From the NCBI RefSeq assembly GCF_009914755.1, contig NC_060941.1: 64,000 nucleotides of DNA. The stretch is one strand, 5' to 3'. Below are positions 14,040-27,805 of this stretch, one piece after another. The notes beneath the pieces are model-generated. The model was not told the origin of the DNA, made no database searches, and saw nothing but the letters and a program-made list of their open reading frames with translations. Positions within the stretch are counted from its first letter, which is position 1. Each line of letters begins with the position of its first letter. Both the position numbers and the translations under genes were made by a program. This DNA is from the human T2T-CHM13v2.0 reference genome, Homo sapiens.

Positions 14040-16212
14040 GCTGGGCCCTCCACCTCTGCTTCCCCTCCACCACCTGTCTAGGGCAGTGTGGTCCAGGGTA
14101 GCTGCAGGCCCACGTACCAGCACACATTGCCGCCTGTCTGGGCTCTCCTGCTGTGTGTGCTGCTTGGGGAAGAGTGGGATCCACCCATCCATTTTTATCC
14201 AGCACTTCGCGGGGTCACATTATGTGTGGAGTGTGTGATGAAGCCTTCCAATGATGCCTCCTGACAGAGCCAAATCTGACTTCCATAATGGCCTGAGAAA
14301 AGGTCATAGCCTGGGACTCTGTATTACTCTGTCACAGAAATTAAAGGAGCAGTTTGCCACAATAAAGGACCGTCTGCTTGGTGGCCTGCTCACCCTTGCC
14401 GGCTTCCTCCTGCTATCTTTTCTGATAATGTGGATAAGAATCTGCTTGCAATGGCAGGCAGGATTAATTCACTCTCCAGCACTACAGAGAAGCCGCTGAG
14501 TACAGCTGCCTCCGCCACCTCCCTGGGGACACACCTCAGGATGAAAATCACAGCTGGGGGTGCAGGGAGGGAGCCGTACTGAAGAGTTTATGTTGACCAA
14601 CTTCTTTCCTAGGGTTTATCTCTTTATTTGCCCCACCCTGATCCAAAAAGTACACAAGAAGAAAAAAACCCGGGTGCTAACAATGTGCTAGTTTTTTTCA
14701 GTGGTTATTTGTGGGAGAGGGCATGGGAAAAGAGCTGAGTGGGGTTAGGGATGTGAGTTTTCAATTATTAATTTGTACATATATTTTAAAGTTTTGAATA
14801 ATTTTTAAAGTTTTTGAATTTTCCAAATGAACAAAACCAAGCACCTTCCCTGGGAGATGGTAAATGCATGTGTTGAAATGCCTGCATCGCATCTATATGC
14901 AAGCTCAGGTGAAGGTGGGTAAGCAAGGATGCCGCTGAGCCCGACAGGTGTGGGGTTTGCTGGGGGGTGGAGAGGAAGGACAAACCCCTGGAAGAGTGAG
15001 ATGACCATTCGCAGCTCCCAGCATCACTTAAGACTTGATATTAGATAACTTGGTCAGATTAAATAGAAAACATTTCTCACCAGCATCCTAAATCTCTCTT
15101 AGTTTTGATATTTACTTATGATGCTTGTTTTTATTTTATTTTTTTCTTGAAAGGGTTTACAGGCTCCACACCCCCAGTCTCTGTGCATGGCTTTGAATTT
15201 TACAAATGGAGGCTGTAGCCTGGGGAAGACAGTGCTGCTTCCATCGTGAGCTGCGCTGTGGCTGTCTCCTTCCCATCTGCAGGAATTGAGGAATTCCTAA
15301 GATGACTTGTTTGGGGGCTGCTTTGCTGCTGGGGGTGGGGAAAGACAACTTTCTGGCAGTGGCTCTTGAGTGAACCAAAATTGCCATGGATAACAAATGA
15401 TGCAATACTAGGTCCTGAGCAAGGAAAAGGCATAAACCCCGGAATTGGAGAAAGCTGCTTCTAACATAACTGACTCCTCTCAGTTCTTGAGAGTAAGAAC
15501 CACAGAGCAGAAAAAGTGCTGGGTGCCTCAGCTCTGCAGCCTGGTCCAGGCGACCAGCTCCCACTCCTGCTCCTGACAGAGTTGAGGAAGAAAAGATCCA
15601 GCTCTGCTGAAGATAGGTCACCTTGAGGAAGAGTCGGTTCAAAACTTTGTCAGAAGAAGCCTGGAAAACTGTCAAAGAACCTCACATCCCTGACACCAGT
15701 GAATCTTGACTCCTCACATGACAGCAAAGCCCAGGAGGGAGGCATTTTCAGACAATTCTTGGCAAGACGCCTCCGGATATTACAGTCCTTGCAGGTGTAT
15801 ACAAACAGCCAGGAGGGTCAGAAGACACCAATGCTGGCGGCTTCGGGCTTCACTCGAAGGACATTTCTCTGATCATTTCCAACAAGGCCCTGAGCCAAAG
15901 TATGTGAAATCCTCCGCATTTTTTTCTTTCACTTTTTTACTATAAGAAAGGACAAATATGTACAAATAAACAGAAGAGTGTGATGAATCCCCATGAACCC
16001 ATCACGAAGCTTCAACAATTATCAACATTGTTTTGTCATTCTGGTTTCATCTATCCCTCCTACTCAACACCTCTACACTAGATTATTGGGTTTTATTTTG
16101 CAGTTTTTTAGATAAGATTTATATACATTGAAATGCACAAAAATCTTCCCTCTACAAGTTTGACAAATGGATACGGCCATGTAACCCAACTCCCCACTAC
16201 AATATAGGACAT

Positions 16213-18660
16213 TGATGGGGTTTGGGTGTTTGTCCCCTCCAAATCTCATGTTGAAATGTGATTTCCAATGTTGGAGGTGGGCCTTGTGGTAGGTATTGGA
16301 TCATAGGGTAGATCCCTCACGAATGGCTTAGCACTACCTCCTTGGTGATAAGTGAGCTTTTACTCTGAGTTCACAAGAGATCTGGTTGTTTAAAAGTGTG
16401 TGGTACCTCCCCCCATTGCTCTCTCTTGTTCCTGTTCTCACCATGTGGTACACTGGCTCTACTTTCACCTTCTACCGTAATTGAAAACTTCCTGAAGTCT
16501 TTGCAAGAAGCAGATGGTGGTGCAATGCTTTGTATGCAACCTGCAGAACCATGAGCCAATGAAACTTCTTTCTTTATAAATTTCTCAGCCTCAGATATTT
16601 CTTTATAGCAACACAAAAATAGCCTACTACACAAAATTGGTGCCTAGGAGTGGAGTGTTGCTATACAGATACCTGAAAATGTGGACACAGCTTTGGAACT
16701 GGGTAACAGGCAAGGTTGGAAGAGTTTGGAGGGCCCAGAAGAAGACAGAAAGATGAGGGAAAGCTTTGAACTTCTTAGAGACTTGTTAAGTGACTATGAC
16801 CAAAATACTGAGGGAATATGGACGGTGAAGGCCAGGCTGACAAAGTCTCAGATGGAAATGAGGAACAGATTGGGAACTGGAGTGAGGGTCACCTGTGTTA
16901 AGCCCTAGCAAAGAGCTTGGCTGCATGGTATCCAGGTCATAGGGATCTGTGAAAGTTGAACTTAAGAGTGATGATTTAGGGTATCTGGTGGAAGAAATTT
17001 CTAAGTAGCAAAGCATTCAAGAAGTAGTGTGGTTGCTTCTAACAACCTACTATCAGATTCAGGACAAAGGAATGACTTAAAGTTGGAACTTTAAGTTCCA
17101 ACTTAAAAGGGAAGCAGAGTGTAAAAGATTGGAAAATTTGTGGCCTGGCCATGTGATTGGGAGTGGGGGAAAAGCATTTTCAGGAGATAAAACAAGCAGG
17201 CTGCAGAGCAACCACTTGCTAGAGAGATTCTCATGAGTAAAAGGGAACCAAGTGCTAGTATCCAAGACAATGAGGAAAAGGCCTTGAAGGCATTTCAGAG
17301 ATCCTCTAGGCAGCCCCTGCCATCACAGGCCCAGAGGCCTAAGAGGAAAGAATGTTTGCAGGAGCAAGGCCTGGGGCCCCATTGTGCTGCTCAACCTCAG
17401 GACACTGCTCCCTGCATCACAGCTGCTCCAGCCTCAGCTCAAAGGGGCCCAGGTACAGCTCTGGCCACCACTCTAGAGGGTGCAAGCCATAAGCCTTGGT
17501 GGGTTCCACATGGTGTTGAACTTGCAGGTGCTCAGAATGCAAGCATAAAGAAGGCTTGGTGGCTTCTATTTAGATTTCAGAGCATGTATGGAAAAGCCTG
17601 GGTGCCTGGCAGAAGCTGCCACAGGGGCAAAGCCCCCACAGAGAAACTCTACTAGGGAAATGCAAAGGGGAAATGTGGGGTTGGAACTCCCACACAGTTC
17701 ACTGCCTAATGAAGCTGTGGGAAGGGGGCCACCACCCTCTAGATCCCAGAATGGTAGAGCCACTGGAAGCTTACATCCTCAGCTTGGAAAAGCCACAGGA
17801 GCTCAACTCCAACCCATGACAGCAGCCATGGGGACTGCACCCTGGAAAGCCCCAGGGGCAGAGATGCCCAAGGCCTTGGGAGCCCACCCTTTGCACCACT
17901 GTGCCCTGAACGTGGAATGTCATTTCAAGATTTTAGAGCTTTGAGATTTAATGACTGCCCTATTGGGTTTCAGACTTGTTGCCCCTTTCTCTTGGTAGAT
18001 TTATCCCTTTTGGAATGGGAATGTATACCCGATGCCTGCACCACCATTGTTTCTTGGGAGTAAATAACTTGTTTTTGATCTCAGGTTTGTAGGTGGAAAG
18101 ATGAGACTTTGGACTTTAGACTTTTGACTTGGGACTGTTAATACTGGAATGAGTTAAGATTTTGGAGGATTATTGCAAAGTCATGACTGTATTTTGAAAC
18201 GTGAGAAGAACATGAGATTTGGGGGATCAGAGGCAGAATGATATGGTTTGGGTGTTTGTCCTCTCCAAATTTCATGTTGAAACATGATTCCCAGTGTTGG
18301 AGATGGGGCCTATTAGGAGGTGATTGGATCATGGTGGTAGATCCCTCATGAATGGCTTTGCACCATCCCTTTGGTGATAAGTGAGTTCTCAATCTGAGTT
18401 TGCAAGAGATCTGGTTGTTTAAAAGCATATAGCACTTTTCCTCTTGCTGTCTCTTACTCTCTCTCACACCATATGATATGCCAGCTCCACCTTCACTTTC
18501 CACCATGATTGTAAACTTCCTGAAGCCCTCACCAGAAGCAGATGCTGGGGCCATGCCTCATGTACAGGTTGCAGAACTATGAGCCAATTAAACCTCTTTT
18601 CTTTATAAATTACCCAGCCTCAGGTATTTCTTTATGGCAATGCAAAAATGGCCTAATATA
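16213..18660 (+). mobile_element. Full-length MST (MSTB-like) MaLR provirus: LTR 16213-16631, internal 16632-18238, LTR 18239-18660
   Basis: Two ~420-bp direct LTRs, internal region starting aaaattggt, purine tract before the 3' LTR, perfect 5-bp TSD GACAT (16208-16212, 18661-18665). Confidence 0.92.
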
Positions 18661-20313
18661 GACATTTTCATCTTATTAGAATAATCTATAGTGTTTCTTC
18701 CCTGTCAATATCCCCCACCTTTGTCAGGCAACCACTACTCAAATTTTTTTTCACCATAGATTTGTTGTACTGGTTCTAAAAATGTATATAAATAAAACCA
18801 TATGGTATATACAGTTTTATGTCTGGATTAATTCTATCTGCTTAACTACAGTAAGATTATTCCATGTTGTTGCATGAACCACTAGTTCCTTTTTTGTTGC
18901 TCAGCAGTTTTCCCTTGTAGGTTTATTCCACACTTGTGTATCTACTCTTCTGTTGAAGGACATTTGCACTCTTCCCAATTTGGGTTATTATTAATAGGAT
19001 TGTAATGAATAATTACACATAGGACTTTTTGGACGTATGTTTTCCTTGCTCTTGGATAAACACCTAGAAGTAGATTTACTGGGTCAAAAGATAGGTACAT
19101 GATTAACTTTATGAGAAATTGCCAAAACTTTCTTGAAAGTGGCTATAACATTTTGCACTCCCACAAAGCACATAAGACTTCTAGTTGCTTCACATCCTTG
19201 TCAACATTTCTTGTTGAAAGTCTTTCCACTTTAGACTTTCCAGTAGGTGTGACTATGTAGTATATCTTTTTATGGCTTTAATTTGCATGTACTTGATAAT
19301 GAATACAATGTTGAGCTCTTTTATATGTGCTTATTGTCCATTCATAAATCTTCTTTGGTAAGGTGTCTCTTAAAATCCTTTCACCATTTTCTAGCGAGTT
19401 GATTTTCTTTTCATTATTGACTTTTAGATGTTGATTTTGTATTCTAAATATAAATCCTTTATCAGATACATATTTTGTGAATGTTTTCTCCCAGTTTGTG
19501 GCTTGCTATTTTCTTAATTGTGTCTTTTGATGAGAAGTTTTTAATTTTAAGAATTTATCCATTTTCTTCTCTTACAGTTATTATTTTCTGTGTCTTGTAA
19601 AAAAACAACAACAACAACAAAAAACTTTTCTTACCCTAGATTACAAAGATATTCTTTTTTTCCTAAAAGCTTTTAAATGTTAGCTTTAATGTTTGGGTCT
19701 ATCATTCATCTTATATTAATTATTGTATGTTGTGTGAGATAAAGGTTGAAATTCTCTTTTATTCTCCCATGTAGACACCAAGTTGTTCTAACAGCGCTTG
19801 TTAAAAGACTTTTCTTTATCCATGTAAATGTTTTAGTCCCACTGTCAAAAATCAATTGATCATGTAAATCTCTTTCTGGCCTATTCTTTTTTATTGACCA
19901 GTTTGTCTACTATTATACTGTTTTAATTACTTTACAGTGAGTCTTAAGTTTAGAAAGTATAAGTTTCCTAGCATTGATCTTCTTTTTCAAGACTGGTTGG
20001 TTATTCTAGGTCTTCTGTTTTTCCTTATGAATTTTAAAAGCATATTATCAATTTCTATTTTATAAAAGTCTGGAGGAGTTTTGATTGGGATTGAATTGAA
20101 ATATAATTGGGGAGAATTTACATCTTAACAATATTGAGTCATCTAATTCTTGAACATGGTATGTCTCTCCATTTATTACAGAGATAATTATTATAGAAAT
20201 ACAAAAATACATTATGGAAATTATTACAGAACCTGTCATTTGTCTCAATAGTATTTTGTAGTTTTATGTATACAGACCTTGCAGACCTTTTGATAAATTT
20301 ATTTCTGCTATGA

Positions 20314-21016
<703 letters not shown>

Positions 21017-21605
21017 TTTTGTTTTTATTTTTTGAGAGACAATTTAGCTGGGTGTAGAATTCTGGGTAGTAGGTTCTTTTCTTTTCCTTTCAGCACTTTA
21101 AAGTTATTGTTCCCCTATCTTCAACCTCCTTTGTCTCTGATGAGATGTCAGGCACCATTAGTATCTTGTAATTGAATGTGGTGGTGTTTTTCTCTGTTTT
21201 CAAGAGTTGTTCCTTTGTCTTCAGATTTTAGCTATTTGATTATGACGGGCCTAGATGTGGTCCACTTTGTATTTATTCTACTTGGGATTCATTGAGCTTT
21301 TTGGATCTATAAATTCATCACTAGATTTTGGGGATTTTCAGTCATTATTTCTACAAATATTTTTCTGCCTGATTTTCTGTCCCCTCTCCTTCTAGTACTC
21401 CAATTACACATATTTTAGCTTGATATTTTCCACATATTTATGAGGTTCTGTGCATTTCTATTACTTTCTTTCTCTGTATTTTTCCACTGGATACTTTCTA
21501 TTGACCTACCTTCAAGGTCACTGACTCTTTCTTCTTCCATTTCCAATCTACTACTGAATGATTCAAGGGATTCTTTTATTTCAGTTATATACATTTTAAG
21601 TGTAA

Positions 21606-21790
21606 AACTGTACTGCCCAATAATGTAATCACTGTGTGCCTTTTAAAATTCTAATTAATTTTTGGTTCATTCACAGCAGCTACATTTCAGGTGCTCAAGA
21701 GCCACATGAGGCTAGTGACTATTGTGTTAGACAGTGCTGATATAGAACAGTTCCATTGCTGCAAAAGTTCTTTGAACAGCATTACTCTAG
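21606..21790. mobile_element. MER3/MER33-like hAT MITE
   Basis: acatttcaggtgctcaagagccacatgaggctagtg...tagacagtg. Confidence 0.7.
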
Positions 21791-22382
21791 AATTTCCATT
21801 TGGCTCTCTATGATAATTTCTATTTCTTTACTGTGATTTCTCATTTTGTATGTATTTTCCATATGTATATATTTTAAGTCTTTGAGCATATTTATAATAG
21901 CTGTTTTCAATTCCTTATCTACTAATTGCAACATTTGGATCATCCTGGGGTTGATTTCTACTGATGGGATTTTTTTTTTTTGGTAGAGGCAACATTTTCC
22001 TATTTATGTGTCTAGTGATTTCTGATTGGATACTAAACATTTTTTTTAAATACACTGTAAAGACTCTGAAGTCTGTTTTGTTTTTCTGTCAATTTATTCA
22101 GTCATGCAAGCCAATTGAGTATCTCAATCTCCAAAAATCATCTCCCCCTTGACCAGTAGCAACTAAAATCTCCACCAGTTTCTTCCACTTCCAGTTGCTT
22201 TTTTTTTTCCTGATCCTTATCATTATTATTAGACCAATATCATTATCAAATCCACCCAAAAAATTGTCAAGTCTCTTCTCAATATACATATCTTAGATGT
22301 GCCAAGAATTTGGGTGAATCTCATATGTATTTTGGGCTCTCCTCCTTTGAGGCACACTTCCTTCAAGTATTTCCTTCTTAAC

Positions 22383-22685
22383 TTTTTTTTTTTTTTTTTT
22401 TGACACAGAGTCTTGCTCTGTCACCCAGGCTGGAGTGCAGTGGCATGATCTCAGCTCACTGCAACCTTCTGCGCCTCCTGGGTTCAAGCGATTCTGTGCC
22501 TCAGCCTCCCAAGTAGCTGGGATTACAGGCGCCCACCACCATGCCTGGCTAATTTTTGTATTTTTAGTAGTGATGGGGTTTCACCATGTTGGCCAGGCTG
22601 GTCTTGAACTCCTGACCTCAGGTGATCCATCCACCTTGGCCTCCTAAAGTGCTGGGATTACAGGAGTAAGCTACTGCACCCGGCC
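22383..22685 (-). mobile_element. AluSx-like
   Basis: Poly(T) followed by a full antisense dimer. Confidence 0.95.
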
Positions 22686-23459
22686 AACTTTCTTTCTTCC
22701 TGTCCGGAATGCTGTCCTCTGATACCTCAAGCCAATACAGTTGTAGCTTTCTACCACCTCAATTTATGCACAGATTTGGGAGTTCCAGGCAAAACGCTTC
22801 CAACTCACAAATATCATTCATGCGGTCTCACAAGGGCAGACTCACCTCTGGTTTCTGCCTACTTTTGGGTATTCCTCTGTGCTGTTTTGTGTTTTGCTCA
22901 GAGTTTATAATTGTCATCTGTGGAAGACTTACTGTGACCAAATTACTACACTACTACCAGAAGGCAGTAGCTCCCACCTTGTGTTTTTATTTTTTATAGT
23001 AAACTGAAATAGTCACTCAGTTTGTGTTGCTGAAGACTATTAACATTAAGGCATATCATCTTAGGAGGAGAAGCTTCTTGATAGCATAGAGGAAACGCAA
23101 AGCCTGGCCTCATACCATTAGCTGTCAGAGTCCAAAGTCATCAGTACCTCTAGGTTACAGTTGTCAGTGATTACTAAGGAACACAGACTATGTAAGAGGA
23201 AAATATCACAGTCCTAACTTGACCTAACCTTTCCTTCAATTACCTTCAATCCCTAGAAACAACTTTTGCTTTCTCTTCCATGGAAAGAAATGTTAGAGCT
23301 TGAGAATCGAATCAGCATTGTTATCATACCCACCCCCATTGTTATACCCACCCCCCAAAATTCTCCTTAAACCACCTCCTTAAATGCATAGATCATGCTC
23401 ATACAGAAGCCTAACAGTTCAGTAGTAATCGGATGATAGATGTGCATGCGGGTGCTCAG

Positions 23460-23680
23460 AAGGCATATTGCATATGGCAGGGGGTAGGGAACCCAGTCTT
23501 GCCATTTTTTTAGCTGTGTGGTCTTGAGAATTTTTTTTAACTGCTCTAAGCCACAGTTTTCTCATCTGTAAATTTGGGATAATAGTATCTATTTTGTAGG
23601 GTTGTTAAGAAAGTTAAATTTTTAAAGTATAGAAAGTACCTATCATACTGTTGCTAACAGAAGACTCTCAAGAATTCTGT
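23460..23680 (+). mobile_element. MIR
   Basis: agctgtgtggtcttgag...cagttttctcatctgtaaa. Confidence 0.7.
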
Positions 23681-24721
23681 TTCCTCCCCTGCTTCCTTAA
23701 GATCTGTATACAATGCACTTGAGGTCTCTACCATTAACCACTTGAAATTCCAGTTGGAGGAAAAGTCTTACCAGCAAAAAGAAATTCCCCAAATTTATCC
23801 ACATCAGTAATAGTTGTCTAGATACTTGTCACTCACCCAGAGTGACCCTGAACATGGCATCTTCAGTTCAGAATTTCTGAGGACTGCTTCAATTTCCTAC
23901 AGTTTCATGGAAACTATACTTCATAGGATTCCTGGTGCAAGACCACTTTTCAATGCAGTCCTCCAATTTACAGGATCATCCAAGAAATAAGTCCCTTTAA
24001 ATCATCTAGTATCCAGATGAGAAAACCTGTGACATCATAACTTCCATCGTCACTTCCTTAGGCTAATGAATTAATGCTGTTTGCATTCACCTGTCCTAAG
24101 ATGAAATTCATGCAAACCTGATTGCATTGCCCCCAAAACTGGACAAAAGCTTCCAACCTGCCCAGGGCTTTTCATTCATTTTATCTTCCATAAAAGGCAA
24201 CCATCGTTGAACCACTTTAGTGCCCACTGAGAAAAGACCTTCCAAGGTGTTGGATCTACCAGTGAACATCTGCTTCTCAGAATGTCAAGCAGTTATTGAC
24301 TTTTTGCTTTGTGCGAGCACATTGCAATGTTCTGTTTCTTATCATGGGCACTTCGCCTAAAGTGTTGGAGCCGTGCTTATCCACAAAATGAGAGGTGGCC
24401 CTGAGGCTCTAATTACTTACCACTGAAGAACAATGTCATCGCAGGAGGAACAACCCACAAACTGTCTGCACAGGAGTCCAGCTGCTCCCCAACTATCTGT
24501 GCAAGCCTGTCCCTACAAACTACCTGCACAAGGCTCTGGGGGATTTATTTCTAATGATGAACCAGTCCCCGGGACCCATGAAGGAGACTTGCATTTAGTG
24601 CTTAGAACTAAAAATCAGATGTTTGCCAGTGAGTGCAGACAGGCAGTACTGAATCCTTCCCTGAAATGCCTCCCTGCTCATTGCAGATTAGGTTGAGCCA
24701 CCCTCATATTAAGTTATCACT

Positions 24722-25720
24722 TGGATTCATTCACTCATTCGATGCTTATTGAGGGTCTACCTGTATAAAGACAGCAGTGAACAAAATAGCCACTGGCCCT
24801 GCCTGGAGTAGCTTATATTATAGTGCAGTGAGACAGATAATAAACAAATGGATAAATATAATATCATGTAGTGATAAGTGCTGAGGAAGAAAATAACAGA
24901 GAAGCCGAAGACAGGTGCAGTGCCTCAGGCCTATAGTCCTAGCTGAGGCAGGAAGATCCCTTGAGCCCAAGAGCTCAAGGCTGCAGGTGAGCTAGGATTG
25001 CACCACTGCACTCCAGCCTGGGCAACAGAGTGAGACCCTGTCTCTAAAAATAAAGAGAGAAAGTAAAGAAAATAATAGAGTAGGATCAAAGGCTAGAAAG
25101 TGAGGGAGTCAAGGAGTTATTTATTGCAGAGTGCTTAAGAAACCCTTCCCAGTAAGATAGTATTTGAGCAGAGACCTGAAGACCATGCACACACCTTAGA
25201 GAAGTGTGTCTGGTGGAGGCTGCAGTAAGGGCAAATGTCTGCAGCAGGAGCATCCTTGTTGAATTTGAGGAATGACAAGGGGAAAATGAGGCAGGAGCAG
25301 AGAGAGCAGGAGGCAGGGAGGCAGGAAGTGAGCCCAAGAAGTTGAATGAGGCCAAATCCTGTAGGGCCCCTCCTTCAGCTGATGCCGAGGCAATAGCAGC
25401 AACTTCCTAGCAGGCATCCTGGCTTCCAGTCTTGCTTGCCTCCAACCCATTTTCCGCACAGGTACTGGAGTGAGCTCCCTGATGTAACCAGGTTGCCTTC
25501 CTATGTAACACCCTCAAATGCTTCCATTCCATTGAGTGCAGGATCAAGCTCAAGCTCCTTAAGCTGTACCACAAGGGCTTCCTTGAAACTGGCGCCCCCT
25601 CCAGCCTCTCTTCTCTGTAATTTATGCCCCAGCACAACCAAGCTGCCTGAACTTGCCCCACTGCATGGAGCTCCTTCCTCTCCCAGCCATCACTCACGGG
25701 CCTCCTCTGTCTGGAAGGCA
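24722..25720. mobile_element. L2 fragments (minus ~24722-25370, plus ~25385-25720)
   Basis: attcattcactcattc..ttattgagg tail; plus-strand piece gcaatagc..cttccagtcttg. Confidence 0.6.
24911..25060 (+). mobile_element. Alu monomer (FRAM-like) inside L2
   Basis: ttgagcccaagag..ggctgcag..ccactgcactccagcctgggcaacagagtgagaccctgtctc. Confidence 0.85.
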
Positions 25721-26029
25721 CACACCAAATTGATTCAGCCAGTGACTCAAGAGTCAGGACCATAGAGGCCATTCAAGGTCAGTTACTGGGTGAACAAGGA
25801 GAAATCTATCCCAGGCACTGATAATAGGCATAACCAAGAATCAGCTCTAAGGATGCTATTAGGATCCAAAACCAAGGTAAGAAGAGGCAGATGCTCACAC
25901 TGCAGGAACTGGTTAATTCCATCAGGGGATGTTTCTTAGGACAGGAACAACAAGTGTTGACTGAGTGCAGGCTTCTCATAGAAGACCCACTACACATCAC
26001 AAGACATACAAAACACTGTATGTATGTGT

Positions 26030-26480
26030 TTTCTCTAATCCTCACAGCACAAATTATACAGATGAGATAAATGAGGTTGCCCAAATCCTAAGAAGCAGAG
26101 CTGGGATCCAAACCCCAGCAAATGCGATTCCACAGTCCATACTCTCATGCCTTCCAGAGCCGGGTAGGGAGGCAACAGCAGCATCAAAGATTGAAGGGTC
26201 CAGTGGCCGTGCCCTCCATGGAACCAGAGCCACCCACACACATGCATGCACTCGAAGAGGCAGCTACAGGGAAGGGACTGAAAACAAGCCTTGGTACCAC
26301 CTGCCTGTGCTCAGTTCCTGGGTCTACATGGGTTAGCTCATGGCCTCTCTGTGCCTCAGTTGACTCAGCTGTAAAAACGAGGCAATTATTACTGGCACAT
26401 AGGATTAGAAGAGTTAATTCCTGTAGAGCACTTACACAATGTCTGGTGCATGTTAAGTGCTCAATTAATGTTAGCTACAC
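26030..26480. mobile_element. Two MIR fragments (minus ~26030-26150, plus ~26310-26480)
   Basis: MIR core motifs on opposite strands. Confidence 0.65.
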
Positions 26481-27337
26481 TAGCAAGACATGGCAAAGTC
26501 ACACGAAAGTCCTCTTCCGGTCCACCCTGCTGGTCCGAGATCACTAGCACAGTGGTGGCAAGAAGTGGCCTGAATTTCAGAGAGCACAGGGTCAATATTT
26601 ACCAGAATTTGCCTTTATTCTGCACTGGCCCGAAGAGGTGTTTTCTGGGGAGTCAACCCACCGCTTTGTGCAACCCTAGAGTGTGTCTTTGTGAGGAGGC
26701 TTCACCCTGCCCCACTCCTTTCCTGCTGCTCATTTTCATGTTCAGAGATGGCCACAGCGGTCACTGCTAGTTTAGTTCACTTCCTCTTCATTGTAAACTC
26801 CAAGTCCCAAACCTACCAGCCCTCACTCTCCTGAGCCGCTCAGCAGCCCAGCTGATTTCATCACAGCCATAACTCTCTAGAATAGCTGCCGTTACGCAAC
26901 AGCTCCTAGCGCAAAACTGGTACGACTGTGTCTACTGCAATGTATTCATCAGTTTCCACAGGCATTTATTTAGTGCCTACTGTGTGTGTGTCATATAGAT
27001 GCCTACTGAGCAGTCTCCCTCCACCATGCACCCCCACCATCACTGCAGACACGCTTCATTGTCATCCCTGAGTGGGAGCCATCTCTTTAGAGAGGGTATG
27101 AGATGTTTTGCCCGAGTTTGAGATAGTCCTCTCCTGGTGCCCCTCTGTTCCGTCCTCTCATCCCACGTCACCTGCTTGGGCTCCTCTCTGGCTCTAGCTC
27201 CTGCAGGGTGTCTCTTTTGCCTGGGTAGGAGACGTCCTCTCCCTCCTGATGCAGCCTCTGCTGTCTCTCCAACAGTCTGTGCTCAGCCTGGAGATCACCC
27301 CCAAAGGGGTCTGCTCCCTCGTCTCATGCCTACTTAA

Positions 27338-27805
<468 letters not shown>

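Noticed and set aside
15579-15620. Possible small exon (cag|AGTTGAGG...ATAG|gtca)
   Set aside because: Weak donor and no independent support.
17233-17944. 140-aa and 118-aa ORFs
   Set aside because: Broken remnants of the MaLR internal region, not a host gene.
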